Source: Malacoraja senta
Taxonomy: Eukaryota
Length of the DNA stretch: 64,000 nucleotides
Assembly (NCBI GenBank): GCA_038087875.1
Contig: JAXLNO010000062.1
Span: 186,001 to 250,000, forward strand
Direction of reading: 5' to 3'
The notes under the pieces were generated by a model that saw only the letters and a program-made list of their open reading frames with translations, made no database searches and was not told the origin of the DNA. The translations under genes were made by a program, and so were the position numbers. Positions 23,448 to 37,463 of this stretch are shown piece after piece (the stretch's first letter is position 1; every line of letters starts with the position of its first letter).

Positions 23448-26400
23448 AAAAACTACTGTAGAATTGCATGCAAACATGGGTGACAAACTGCATTAATATT
23501 TCCCATGATTACAAGCATCTGATAATACCACAAAATACTCTCGCCAGAAGTATGCAAATCACTTTTGCTTTAATTAAACTATTAATCCCATTACAAATTG
23601 CCTTACTTGCAAAGCCTAGATGTTTTTGTGTCACCGTCAGAGTGGTAAATGTGACTTGTATCCTTCATGAGTAATCGATTTAAAATGCATTTACAAGTTA
23701 ATAAGTCATTCGAGTTTATTTAACCATTCGCCCCATTCAGTCTACTCCGCCATTTAATCATGGCTCATCTATCTTTCCTTCTCGACCCCATTTTCCTACT
23801 TTCTCCCATAACCTTTGACACCCTTCCTAATCAAGAACATGTCAATCTCTACTTTAAGTATACACAATGTCATGGCCTCCACAGCCACCTATGGCAATGA
23901 ATTCCACAGATTCACCGCTCTCTGACTGAAGAAACTCATCCTCATCTTTCTATAGGTATGTCCTTTTATTCCGACGCTCCCACTAGTGGAAACATCCTCT
24001 CCACATCCACCCTATCCAGGCCTATCATTATTCTGTAAGTTTCAATGAGGTCCTCTCTCGTCCTTCCAAACTCCAGTGAGTACAGGTCTTGAGTGGTCAA
24101 ACGCTCATACGTTAACCCAATCGTCCCCGGGATCATTCACGTAAACCACCTCTGGATGTCGGCACAGCCAGCCCCCACCTCAGATGTAGGCCGAAAACTG
24201 CTCACAATACTCCAAATGCAGTCTGACCAGTGCCTTCTAAAGCCACAGCATTACATCCCTGTTTTTATATTCTAATTCTGTCGAAATAAATGCTTTTAGA
24301 TCACTTGCCAGGCTTTGTTTTCTACCTCTACCTCAACTACCTCTTCTGGCAGCTCGTTGCATACACCCATAGCCCTTTGTGTGATAAAGTTACCCCTCAG
24401 ATTCCTAGGAGAGTGACACCACATTTTAGGAGGCACACCACATTTTAGGAGGCACATACCACATTTTCTCCCTTGATAATAATTTGACAGTAACTTGCAT
24501 TTTGTGGACAGTTAAATAAAGGTGGCACGTGGGTGTAGCATTAGAGCTACTGCCTTACTGCGCCAGAGACCTGGGTTCGATCCTGACTACGGATGCTTGT
24601 CCATACGGAGTTTGTACCTTTTCCCCATGAGCTGCGTGGGTTTTCTCCTAGATCTTCGGTTTCCTCCCACACTCCAAAGATGTACATGTCAGTAGGTTAG
24701 TTGGCTTGGTATAAATGTAAAAATTGTACCTAGTGTGTTGATGTTCAGGGATTGCTGGCTTGTGTGGACTCGGTGGGGCGAAGGGCCTGTTTCTGTGCTG
24801 TATCTCTAAACTAAACTAAACTCTGCACAAGGAGGTCTATTGTGTTTGTGTGTGAAAGGTTTCAGATTTGCAGCAACTACATTGAAATCCTTTTTAATGT
24901 TCAAATTAATGCTGACAACACTCAACCAGACATTCTCTCTCTCTTTTGTACGCTGACTCAGCACCACCGGTGATTCAACAGAACAGATTTTTAACCAAAA
25001 ATAATTCAATTATTTACAATAATATGTACAGTACAAAATAAATCAAATCAAAACCCACCTCCATAATACAGGTCAAACAAATATACTGAATATACTACTA
25101 TACAACTATCACCATCCTTATTGAGGGTGCTTTCCTCGTCCCGTGGTGCTCAGTGGTCCCGGAAATCCCCCAGGGAGCCCGTGGACAACGCGTAGTCCCT
25201 TTCTAAAACCAACGTGATGCCGGAAAAGGGGCAGCTAGCAGGCTCGGGTAGAGCCCTCTTCTGCCTGGTCCTGGGCCTTGTGGATGGCCAGCTTGACCAG
25301 GCCTATGAACAACCGAACTAGGACATCTTCGGCCCCACGCACAGTTTGTCCAAGGATGAGGATGGTGGGTGTGAAGTGCAGCCAGAAGGCAAGGAGCAGC
25401 CCCTTTCGGTATTGGAACCCCCCAGCGGCGCTGTCCTTTTACAACCGCTTCCCACTTTCCAGCCGCTTCCCATCAGCTGCCAGCAATGAGGGATAGACTT
25501 GCCTATCCCTCAGTACAGCAACATCATTCTTGATGTTGCTGTACTGAGGAACAGCCAAGTCTATCTTTCTTGGCTAACAACCTAACCTTCGGCCTGCAGG
25601 TAAATTGTCGTGCCTTATTTTTGGGTAAACAATAGCTTCTTCATTGGCGGAAATACGGTATTTAAAAACATAAGGCTCAAAGAAATCTACTTACCACATT
25701 ATTTGTACACTAACTACGTTCTTCTCTCTTTGTTTCATAAGATACTCTTAAGATAAGGACAATCTATGTTTGAAAAACCCGCCAAGAAACTTGCACTGCG
25801 CATGCGCAGACCACGGTGTAAAGGCAGAATTTCAGCTAGATTCAGCTCCCCTTGTCATTGAAGGTTGAAGCAGCATCGACGGCACGTGAGCTGCACATAC
25901 TTTCACGTATTACATGTACTGCGGATGAAAGGCATGGGAGAATTATGCCTATGTAAGAGATCGATCTCATAGGTAGGCATAATTCTCCCGTGCCTTTACT
26001 ATTTATATTTAATAATGACCATTTTATAATTTTAGTCAGTGTAGGCAGTGCCTACCTTGCCTACCCTGATGGCACATGCCTGTCAGGGACAGGCCTAACA
26101 AAAGTCCACTCAGTACTTTGACCTGCAGCAACTCCGATGCTCGACAAGAAGCGGATGACACTTATGGAGCTTCATCTCTGGCTTGTTGCTGTTCCGGCTC
26201 AGTCCCCTCTATGGTAGCATCAAGCCATCTTTTCTTCCGTGCTGCTGAAGAGAAGTTAACTTTGCTGACAGGCGCAGCTTTAACCTGCTTTCTCGTTGGC
26301 TCCATCCAATATGCTTTGACCTGGGTGACTGTTGTCTTCTCACTAATCCGTACTCCAGTGTCAATACCAAAGAGAACCGTCACTACATGGGTACAAACTA

Positions 26401-27369
26401 CTCCGAGCCCTGCCTTGCAATCACAGTGGGCACTGTATATCTGGCCATTTGTCCCAATAACCCACGGCATCAATGGCTTAGAATTCACGCCGACAGCTTG
26501 TGAGTGCAGAACCTGTGGTACAAGGATAATTGAAAAGAAAAAGAAAAAGTGTTAAAATAGCTTCCAATAAGTAATAGCATAAATAACATAAGTAAGTAAT
26601 AGCATAATGATAGAAAACTTACTTTTCCACACACCACTCGTAAGTCTGGAGAATTGTTTGCGATGTATACACTAGTGTCATGTAACCAACCATTAGCAAA
26701 CTGATTGTAAGCCTCAGATGACTTGTTGGCCTGAAAATTCTTTGCTGTGTATGGACGGGGCGTTGAGATGAGGTAGGCCATGATGTCCATGGAATTAAGT
26801 TCTGGCAGTTGGGAGATGTCATAGGATCTCTCAGCTTCAGGCACTAAATAATGATCAATACCATTCAAGGAGACTTTTTGGACATATTATTCGTACTCAG
26901 CTGCGAGATTTGAGGCATACTGTGACAATTGAACGGATACGGGGGCAGAGGACGGGCTCGCTACACTGGACGCCATGGTGAGTGCTTACCTGCAGTTCAC
27001 CGCGTGTACTCCAGTTGACGTTGCGTGGCAACAGTACAGGTCACGGGTCGTGACCTCGACAGCCGTGCAACCTCCCTATAGTCTGGGTTGGGTCTGAACT
27101 GGGATGTCTGGAACCGGAGCTGGAATCCACGAGGTAAAAGATGGATGCGCAGGCAAGTCCCGAGAAAACAAACATGGTGTGGTAACGGATCTGGGTTACG
27201 ACATGGTCGTAGAGTCGGAGGGAAGGAGGAATCACAGAGGGGGAGCAGTGAGAGAGGATGTTGCTGAACTCTCATCGGACAGAGGAGGAAAACTTCAAAG
27301 TAGACGTATCTTGAGTAGATTTCGCAGTGGAGTGGACAATATGTTTAAGAGAAACTGCAGATGCTGGTT

Positions 27370-27935
27370 TGGCAAGGGACCTATAAAGTTCAAAAAAATT
27401 AAATCGAAAGATTTCAACCCTGGCCACCAATAGTACATTTGTGAATGGGCCATCATGGCATGTAATCCATTATGTGCCATGCCCATGCCTTGGTGTACTT
27501 CTTGTGATAAACCAATTCTGTCTCATATGGAAGGTATCAGCTGTAACCCTTTGATGGGAAGGTTGAGCACAATCTTTCCATCTGGGTCTTTGCTCTATGT
27601 ATATCTGGCGGGATAGCGGGGTGTTTTGATCCATTAGTTGCTTGAGAACCAAATCTTGGTTTTAACGTCTCTGTGTTCTTGTGACTACACACACCTTTGT
27701 CATGTTTGGTGTTAAGGAGACAGTAATTTTTGCCATCTGGTCTGCCAGGTTATTCCCGTATGCATGAAGCCCCTTTTTTGGTGTGGGCTTCTACATGGAT
27801 TATCTCTAAATGGGGATAGGTCTTTCGTATTTTTGCCAATTATTTCCAGGCTTCAGCATGTTTAATTGCTATTGAGCCAAGGTTTGTAAAGCCATTCTGT
27901 TGCCATAGAGTAAGATCCATTTTATATCCTTTGAA
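27370..27935 (-). mobile_element. pol: Foamy-virus-like pol fragment, copy 2
   Basis: Near-identical to 14701-15266. Confidence 0.85.
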
Positions 27936-28092
27936 TTGGACCATCACTGCCACAGGCAATGATGGTCCAATTCTATATTGCCATCGTAGAGTCTTTCCTC
28001 ACCTTCTCCATCATGGTCTGGTTTGGCTCAGCCACCAAAACGACATCCGGAGGCAGCAGCGAATCGTTCGTTCAGCTGAGAAGGTTGTTGGC

Positions 28093-31000
28093 TCAGTGCA
28101 GGATGATTGGGCGATTAGTACAGGATGAATGGGCAGAGCAGTGCAGGATGGATGGGAAGGGGGGTCAGTACAGGATGAATTGCGGGACCAGTGTACGATG
28201 GATGGGGGGTGGCAGGAGAATCTGTGAGGTGGATAGGGAGATCAGTGCAGGATGAATAGATGGGGGGGGGGTAGATGGGGAGGAATGAATAGAGGCGTGA
28301 ATGGGGATCAGTGCGGGATGGTGAGAAGGGGTCCCAGGATAAGGGGGGTGGAGGGGGGGCGTAGAAGAGAGAGAGGGGAAGGGGCAGAGGGAGGAAGGAA
28401 GGTCAGCGCTCCTCGGACAACTCCGGCATCATCGCCCCGCTGCCTTGGCCGTCCCTGTCCACCGCCAAGTTCCGCAGCCAAAGGGGGAGGCAGTTGGGGT
28501 CTCCTCGCCACCGTCTCCCCTCCTCCGCCAGTCAACAGGAAGGTGCAGATGCTTCAGACGGCGGAAGGGGGCCTCCCCCTTCCTCCCTCCCTCCTCCCGG
28601 CCTCGGCCTGCGGGAGGGGTTGTTTTGAAAGCGGTTATCGCCGTTGGTGGAGTGGCACGCAGAGGCTGCTATGAGGACGGGCGGGGTGTGGGTGGAGGAG
28701 GAGGTGGAGCCGCCGCCGCTGCTGTGTGGGGCCTGTCATTCACTCCGACCCTCTGTCACCCCGCACTACAGCCGTTGCGCCGGCAACCGCGGCCTACGGT
28801 GAGCGCCGGCCTACAAACCTCCCCGCGCCCATGTGGCGCGCCTTCCCCCTTTCACTGCACGTTAGCAGCCCTCGCATCGAGCATAGACACACAATGTTGG
28901 AGTAACTCAGCAGGACAGGCAGCATCTCTGGAGGGAAGGAATAGGTGACGTTTCGGGTCGAGATCCTTCTTCAGACTTCACCCTTGCATCCCCTATCTTG
29001 CCGTCCACCCTCCACTGTCAGAGTGAAGCCCAACGTATATTGGAGAAACAGCACGTCATATTTCGCTTGGGCAACCTACAACCCAGGCGCGGACTCGGTG
29101 GGCCGAAGGGACTGTTTCCGTGCTGTATCTCTAAACTAAATACTAAACTAAAGTATGAACATTGATTTATCTACCTTCAAGTAACCCTGGCATCCCCTCT
29201 CTCTCCGTCCACTCTCCACTGCCAGAGTGAAGCCCAAGGTAAATTGGAGGAACAGCAGATCATATTTCGCTTGGGCAGCTTACAGCCCAGTGGTATGAAT
29301 GAAGAAGGATCTTGACCAGAAATGTCCACTATTCCTTTTCTCCAGAGATGCTGCCGAACCCGCTGAGTTACTCCAGCTTTTTGTATCTATTCAGCGGTAT
29401 GAATATTGATTTATTTAACTTCGAGTAAGCATTGTTTCCCCCTCGCTCCGTCCCACCCCTCCTAGTTCTCCGAATAGTTTCACTGATTAAAACATTTTAC
29501 TGATTGTTTGCCTCGTTGTCAGCTTCCCCTCCGCTAACAATGAACATTCCTTGACCATAGTCCCCTTTGGTCTGTGTTCTCACATCTTAACATTCCATAT
29601 CTCTGTCTCCCTTTCCCCTGACTCTCAGTCTGAAGAAGAATCTTGACCCGAAACGTCACCCATTCCTTCCCTCTGGAGATACTGCCTGTCCTGCTGAGTT
29701 TTCCAGCATTTGGTGTCTATCTTCGGTTTAAACCAGCATCCGCAGTTCCTTCCTACACACCAACCCCACCCTAGATAGATAGGAGAGGAATGAATGACGT
29801 TTCAGTTCGAGACCTTTCTTCAGACCCTCCAAAGATGCTGCCTGTCTCGCTGAGTAACTCCAGCGTTTTGTGTTCATTGTTGGCTGAGGGGAAGGTGACA
29901 ACGAGGTATGCAAACATTAAAATTAATCAGGAGGACAGTAAAACTAGTCGGAGAATAGGATGGAGGACCAATTCCTTCTCTTCAGAGATGCTGCTTGTCC
30001 CGCTGATTTACTCCAGCATTTTGTGTCTATCTTCGCTGCCAACAATGGACCATGTATGTAGGAAGGAACTGCAGATGCTGGTTTACACTGAAGATAGACA
30101 CAAAATGCTGGAGTAACTCAGTGGGACAGATAGCATCTCTGGAAAAGAAGGATCTCAACGAGAAAGGTCACACATTCCTTCTCTCAAACCATGGACCATT
30201 GTAGGCTCCACCTTTCCTTGATCATCGTTACTTTGTTGTATAACTTTCATTCATTTGTTCTATATTTCTCTATCACCATCTATAGATATAATTTCCCTTT
30301 CCCCTGACTCTCAGTCTGAAAAAGGGTCTCGGTCCGAAACGTCACCTATTGCTTTTCTCCAGAAATGCTGCCTGACTGGCTGAGTTCTCCAGCTAATTGT
30401 GTCTATCTTTGGTATAAACCAGCATCTGTAGTTCCTTTTTCCAGAGATGCTGCCTGACCTGTTGAGTTACTCCAGCTTTTTGTGCCTATCTTCTGTTTAA
30501 ACCAGCATCTGCAGTTCCTTCCTACACCTAACCGTTTATTTATTTTATTTCTAACTATCTCCGTTCGCTTCTGCATTTGAAACAAACAAAAACGTCACCG
30601 TAGCTCGCTTACATATTAAAAAATCACAGTGGCTTGCGTCAGTGCAGTGCGTGGGACGGGATCCCACAGTGTGGGCTGCAGTTCTGCGGTGTCGATCGGC
30701 TGCAGGGAACGCTTGCAAGCACCATTATTCGGCCACAGATTCCCTATTTGAACCAATGGGCGCAATAATAACACTGGAAAAAATACTGCATCAAATTTAC
30801 TGCTATCAGAGTGCAAGTTTTGGTTCTCCGGAATATGAATAGCTGGAGGGCTAATGGAAATTGAATGTATTTCTTTCTCCTTCTGAAGAAGGGTCTCGAC
30901 CCGAAACGTCACTTATTCCCCTTCTCCAGAGATGCTGCCTGACCCGCTGAGTTACACCATTTTTTTGTGTCTATCTTCGGTATAAACCAGTATCTGCAGT

Positions 31001-34000
31001 ATCAAGCCGGGCAAAATGACACGGCTTTTAGGTTGCCCGGCGGGACTTTAGGTGGCCATTGGCAACTGGGCAATCATTAATTTCAAGCCCTGCTGTATGT
31101 TTTATCTTTGGTGTGCTAGTTGTAAATGTGCGCTGCATCTGCTAAATGATTTAGTTTTTATGTATCCTTCTACCATATCTTTAATATAAGTCCAGAGTCT
31201 AGCATTTCCCTAATCCTGATGCCAGCCTAACTGATCTGCAGTTCCTCATTTTCTATCTCCCTCTCTCCAGAAATAGTGAGGTGTCATTTGCTCTCTTCCA
31301 ATTTGTGTGAACCATTCTGCAACCTACGGAATTTTGGAAGACGATGAACAGTGCGCCTGCCTGAAAGGCTACGGATCAAGTTGTGGAATTTGGGCAGCTA
31401 TTTTCCAGCCGGCACGGACACCATCTTCTATGTCACCAACTTTACGATTCCTTGAAACTGGCAAGACGTCGGATTCACACAACACAGTGGAAACCTGGAG
31501 CGCTCTCCCCAAAAGGCTTTTTGGATGCTATGGGTCAGTTGGTACTTTCACTGCCATGTTAGATAGGAATTTTGGTGGGAGGGTTAATGAGGGATTCGGA
31601 GCAAATGTGCATAAATTAATCTGAGCACAGGCCTTCCCTGACTAACAAATGGATTCCATTTGTACAGATGTTGATTCTTGTACATGTCAGAAAATAGACA
31701 AAAATCACTTTTTACCATTTTGTAATGAATGGCATTAAACACATAATGCTGACAAGAAGAAACCATTGTTAAAAGAGACAAAACTAGTTCTGACGTTCCT
31801 AGAAATGAACGTATGTATGTACATCGGACATTTGAATTTAATATTGGAGCTTTTCTGCATGTATGGGTTTCTCGTAAGTGGGGCATTTGTTACTCTGGGA
31901 TGGCCTGTGTACTGCTCTGTCATTGTCTAATTGAATGTCAAGAAAAATATTTGAGGAACTGAATTGATTATGCTTATAGCTTTGAAGAGGGATGTTGTGC
32001 AGATCATCTAATTGAGGTATAGAAAAGTATTTATGGCACGGAATATAATTTTATATTCAGGAGGGAGGGACGGAATGCTGAGACACAACAAATTTGCCAT
32101 ATGCTTGTTTAGTTTCTGTAATGAAGAATGAATTGTAATCTGGCAAGCAAAGTCATTAATGGATTGTCTCGCGATTCCCAGGCATACTTTACACATGCCT
32201 GGCTATTTCACGTAATAGATCAAAAGTATTGCCTTTGATTCTTTTTCACCAAATCAGTATCCCTTGGTTGGAAACCTTTATGCCTGGCAAGAACCGTATG
32301 TACCTTACTGATCTATGAACTCTCCTTTTAACCTTCTCTAAGCACGACAATCCCACTTTCTTCGGATTTTTCATGGAAGTGAAACCGTTCATCTTGATAC
32401 CATTCTTGCTGTTTAATGCAGTCAAGCAGACTTGTGTAGAAGAGATTTGTAAAAACGTAGCATACCTTGTTTTATACTTTGCTTCTCTGTTCCAAAGGTT
32501 CGGTGTTCCTTTTTTAAACTGACTACTCAACCAACTTGTTCTGCAATTGTTAAAAATTGCCTTTGTACATCTGCAGCGGTCTCTGTCCCAACATCCCCCA
32601 TAAAATTGTACCATTAGGTTACATGGAATTCTAGAGGTGAGAGCTGGGTTACTGTTCCTTATCCGTTGCTAAGGTAGCACACCGTGCAGTGTAGCATTGA
32701 TTCCACTGATGAGGTGATGTGGAATGCTTGGTTTTAGGTACTGGTCATTCCAACCAATGACAGGACTCAGACACAAGTCGTAGACAACTCTAGACTGTCA
32801 TTAGAACATTGGACATTAAAAACTACTGTAGAATTGCATGCAAACATGGGTGACAAACTGCATTAATATTTCCCATGATTACAAGCATCTGATAATACCA
32901 CAAAATACTCTCGCCAGAAGTATGCAAATCACTTTTGCTTTAATTAAACTATTAATCCCATTGCAAATTGCCTTACTTGCAAAGCCTAGATGTTTTTGTG
33001 TCACCGTCAGAGTGGTAAATGTGACTTGTATCCTTCATGAGTAATCGATTTAAAATGCATTTACAAGTTAATAAGTCATTCGAGTTTATTTAACCATTCG
33101 CCCCATTCAGTCTACTCCGCCATTTAATCATGGCTCATCTATCTTTCCTTCTCGACCCCATTTTCCTACTTTCTCCCATAACCTTTGACACCCTTCCTAA
33201 TCAAGAACATGTCAATCTCTACTTTAAGTATACACAATGTCATGGCCTCCACAGCCACCTATGGCAATGAATTCCACAGATTCACCGCTCTCTGACTGAA
33301 GAAACTCATCCTCATCTTTCTATAGGTATGTCCTTTTATTCCGACGCTCCCACTAGTGGAAACATCCTCTCCACATCCACCCTATCCAGGCCTATCATTA
33401 TTCTGTAAGTTTCAATGAGGTCCTCTCTCGTCCTTCCAAACTCCAGTGAGTACAGGTCTTGAGTGGTCAAACGCTCATACGTTAACCCAATCGTCCCCGG
33501 GATCATTCACGTAAACCACCTCTGGATGTCGGCACAGCCAGCCCCCACCTCAGATGTAGGCCGAAAACTGCTCACAATACTCCAAATGCAGTCTGACCAG
33601 TGCCTTCTAAAGCCACAGCATTACATCCCTGTTTTTATATTCTAATTCTGTCGAAATAAATGCTTTTAGATCACTTGCCAGGCTTTGTTTTCTACCTCTA
33701 CCTCAACTACCTCTTCTGGCAGCTCGTTGCATACACCCATAGCCCTTTGTGTGATAAAGTTACCCCTCAGATTCCTAGGAGAGTGACACCACATTTTAGG
33801 AGGCACACCACATTTTAGGAGGCACATACCACATTTTCTCCTTTGATAATAATTTGACAGTAACTTGCATTTTGTGGACAGTTAAATAAAGGTGGCACGT
33901 GGGTGTAGCATTAGAGCTACTGCCTTACTGCGCCAGAGACCTGGGTTCGATCCTGACTACGGATGCTTGTCCATACGGAGTTTGTACCTTTTCCCCATGA

Positions 34001-37000
34001 GCTGCGTGGGTTTTCTCCTAGATCTTCGGTTTCCTCCCACACTCCAAAGATGTACATGTCAGTAGGTTAGTTGGCTTGGTATAAATGTAAAAATTGTACC
34101 TAGTGTGTTGATGTTCAGGGATTGCTGGCTTGTGTGGACTCGGTGGGGCGAAGGGCCTGTTTCTGTGCTGTATCTCTAAACTAAACTAAACTCTGCACAA
34201 GGAGGTCTATTGTGTTTGTGTGTGAAAGGTTTCAGATTTGCAGCAACTACATTGAAATCCTTTTTAATGTTCAAATTAATGCTGACAACACTCAACCAGA
34301 AATTCTCTCTCTCTTTTGTACGCTGACTCAGCACCACCGGTGATTCAACAGAACAGATTTTTAACCAAAAATAATTCAATTATTTACAATAATATGTACA
34401 GTACAAAATAAATCAAATCAAAACCCACCTCCATAATACAGGTCAAACAAATATACTGAATATACTACTATACAACTATCACCATCCTTATTGAGGGTGC
34501 TTTCCTCGTCCCGTGGTGCTCAGTGGTCCCGGAAATCCCCCAGGGAGCCCGTGGACAACGCGTAGTCCCTTTCTAAAACCAACGTGATGCCGGAAAAGGG
34601 GCAGCTAGCAGGCTCGGGTAGAGCCCTCTTCTGCCTGGTCCTGGGCCTTGTGGATGGCCAGCTTGACCAGGCCTATGAACAACCGAACTAGGACATCTTC
34701 GGCCCCACGCACAGTTTGTCCAAGGATGAGGATGGTGGGTGTGAAGTGCAGCCAGAAGGCAAGGAGCAGCCCCTTTCGGTATTGGAACCCCCCAGCGGCG
34801 CTGTCCTTTTACAACCGCTTCCCACTTTCCAGCCGCTTCCCATCAGCTGCCAGCAATGAGGGATAGACTTGCCTATCCCTCAGTACAGCAACATCATTCT
34901 TGATGTTGCTGTACTGAGGAACAGCCAAGTCTATCTTTCTTGGCTAACAACCTAACCTTCGGCCTGCAGGTAAATTGTCGTGCCTTATTTTTGGGTAAAC
35001 AATAGCTTCTTCATTGCCAGAAATACGGTATTTAAAAACATAAGGCTCAAAGAAATCTACTTACCACATTATTTGTACACTAACTACGTTCTTCTCTCTT
35101 TGTTTCATAAGATACTCTTAAGATAAGGACAATCTATGTTTGAAAAACCCGCCAAGAAACTTGCACTGCGCATGCGCAGACCACGGTGTAAAGGCAGAAT
35201 TTCAGCTAGATTCAGCTCCCCTTGTCATTGAAGGTTGAAGCAGCATCGACGGCACGTGAGCTGCACATACTTTCACGTATTACATGTACTGCGGATGAAA
35301 GGCATGGGAGAATTATGCCTATGTAAGAGATCGATCTCATAGGTAGGCATAATTCTCCCGTGCCTTTACTATTTATATTTAATAATGACCATTTTATAAT
35401 TTTAGTCAGTGTAGGCAGTGCCTACCTTGCCTACCCTGATGGCACATGCCTGTCAGGGACAGGCCTAACAAAAGTCCACTCAGTACTTTGACCTGCAGCA
35501 ACTCCGATGCTCGACAAGAAGCGGATGACACTGATGGAGCTTCATCTCTGGCTTGTTGCTGTTCCGGCTCAGTCCCCTCTATGGTAGCATCAAGCCATCT
35601 TTTCTTCCGTGCTGCTGAAGAGAAGTTAACTTTGCTGACAGGCGCAGCTTTAACCTGCTTTCTCGTTGGCTCCATCCAATATGCTTTGACCTGGGTGACT
35701 GTTGTCTTCTCACTAATCCGTACTCCAGTGTCAATACCAAAGAGAACCGTCACTACATGGGTACAAACTACTCCGAGCCCTGCCTTGCAATCACAGTGGG
35801 CACTGTATATCTGGCCATTTGTCCCAATAACCCACGGCATCAATGGCTTAGAATTCACGCCGACAGCTTGTGAGTGCAGAACCTGTGGTACAAGGATAAT
35901 TGAAAAGAAAAAGAAAAAGTGTTAAAATAGCTTCCAATAAGTAATAGCATAAATAACATAAGTAAGTAATAGCATAATGATAGAAAACTTACTTTTCCAC
36001 ACACCACTCGTAAGTCTGGAGGATTATTTGCGATGTATACACTAGTGTCATGTAACCAACCATTAGCAAACTGATTGTAAGCCTCAGATGACTTGTTGGC
36101 CTGAAAATTCTTTGCTGTGTATGGACGGGGCGTTGAGATGAGGTAGGCCATGATGTCCATGGAATTAAGTTCTGGCAGTTGGGAGATGTCATAGGATCTC
36201 TCAGCTTCAGGCACTAAATAATGATCAATACCATTCAAGGAGACTTTTTGGACATATTATTCGTACTCAGCTGCGAGATTTGAGGCATGCTGTGACAATT
36301 GAACGGATACGGGGGCAGAGGACGGGCTCGCTACACTGGACGCCATGGTGAGTGCTTACCTGCAGTTCACCGCGTGTACTCCAGTTGACGTTGCGTGGCA
36401 ACAGTACAGGTCACGGGTTGTGACCTCGACAGCCGTGCAACCTCCCTATAGTCTGGGTTGGGTCTGAACTGGGATGTCTGGAACCGGAGCTGGAATCCAC
36501 GAGGTAAAAGATGGATGCGCAGGCAAGTCCCGAGAAAACAAACATGGTGTGGTAACGGATCTGGGTTACGACATGGTCGTAGAGTCGGAGGGAAGGAGGA
36601 ATCACAGAGGGGGAGCAGTGAGAGAGGATGTTGCTGAACTCTCATCGGACAGAGGAGGAAAACTTCAAAGTAGACGTATCTTGAGTAGATTTCGCAGTGG
36701 AGTGGACAATATGTTTAAGAGAAACTGCAGATGCTGGTTTGGCAAGGGACCTATAAAGTTCAAAAAAATTAAATCGAAAGATTTCAACCCTGGCCACCAA
36801 TAGTACATTTGTGAATGGGCCATCATGGCATGTAATCCATTATGTGCCATGCCCATGCCTTGGTGTACTTCTTGTGATAAACCAATTCTGTCTCATATGG
36901 AAGGTATCAGCTGTAACCCTTTGATGGGAAGGTTGAGCACAATCTTTCCATCTGGGTCTTTGCTCTATGTATATCTGGCGGGATAGCGGGGTGTTTTGAT

Positions 37001-37463
37001 CCATTAGTTGCTTGAGAACCAAATCTTGGTTTTAACGTCTCTGTGTTCTTGTGACTACACACACCTTTGTCATGTTTGGTGTTAAGGAGACAGTAATTTT
37101 TGCCATCTGGTCTGCCAGGTTATTCCCGTATGCATGAAGCCCCTTTTTTGGTGTGGGCTTCTACATGGATTATCTCTAAATGGGGATAGGTCTTTCGTAT
37201 TTTTGCCAATTATTTCCAGGCTTCAGCATGTTTAATTGTATTTGAGCCAAGGTTTGTAAAGCCATTCTGTTGCCATAGAGTAAGATCCATTTTATATCCT
37301 TTGAATTGGACCATCACTGCCACAGGCAATGATGGTCCAATTCTATATTGCCATCGTAGAGTCTTTCCTCACCTTCTCCATCATGGTCTGGTTTGGCTCA
37401 GCCACCAAAACGACATCCGGAGGCAGCAGCGAATCGTTCGTTCAGCTGAGAAGGTTGTTGGCT
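28093..37463 (+). repeat. Tandem segmental duplication, copy 3 (~9370 bp)
   Basis: Same junction at 28093. At 37463 the sequence continues into the un-rearranged Rex1 fragment (ggctgcaaactccc). Confidence 0.97.

Larger units (their letters stand above)
15424..28092 (+). repeat. Tandem segmental duplication, copy 2 (12669 bp, including an L1 and a 162-bp insert)
   Basis: Junction gagaaggttgttggc-T-cagtgcaggatgattggg. The extra length is accounted for by the two insertions and a 9-bp deletion. Confidence 0.97.

Noticed and set aside
6051..37463. The unit as an LTR element or giant transposon, or as a pure assembly artefact
   Set aside because: It has no TIR, LTR or TSD, and both breakpoints fall inside unrelated repeats. 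Copy-specific insertions and variants argue against identical-sequence assembly duplication, although reads are needed to confirm.
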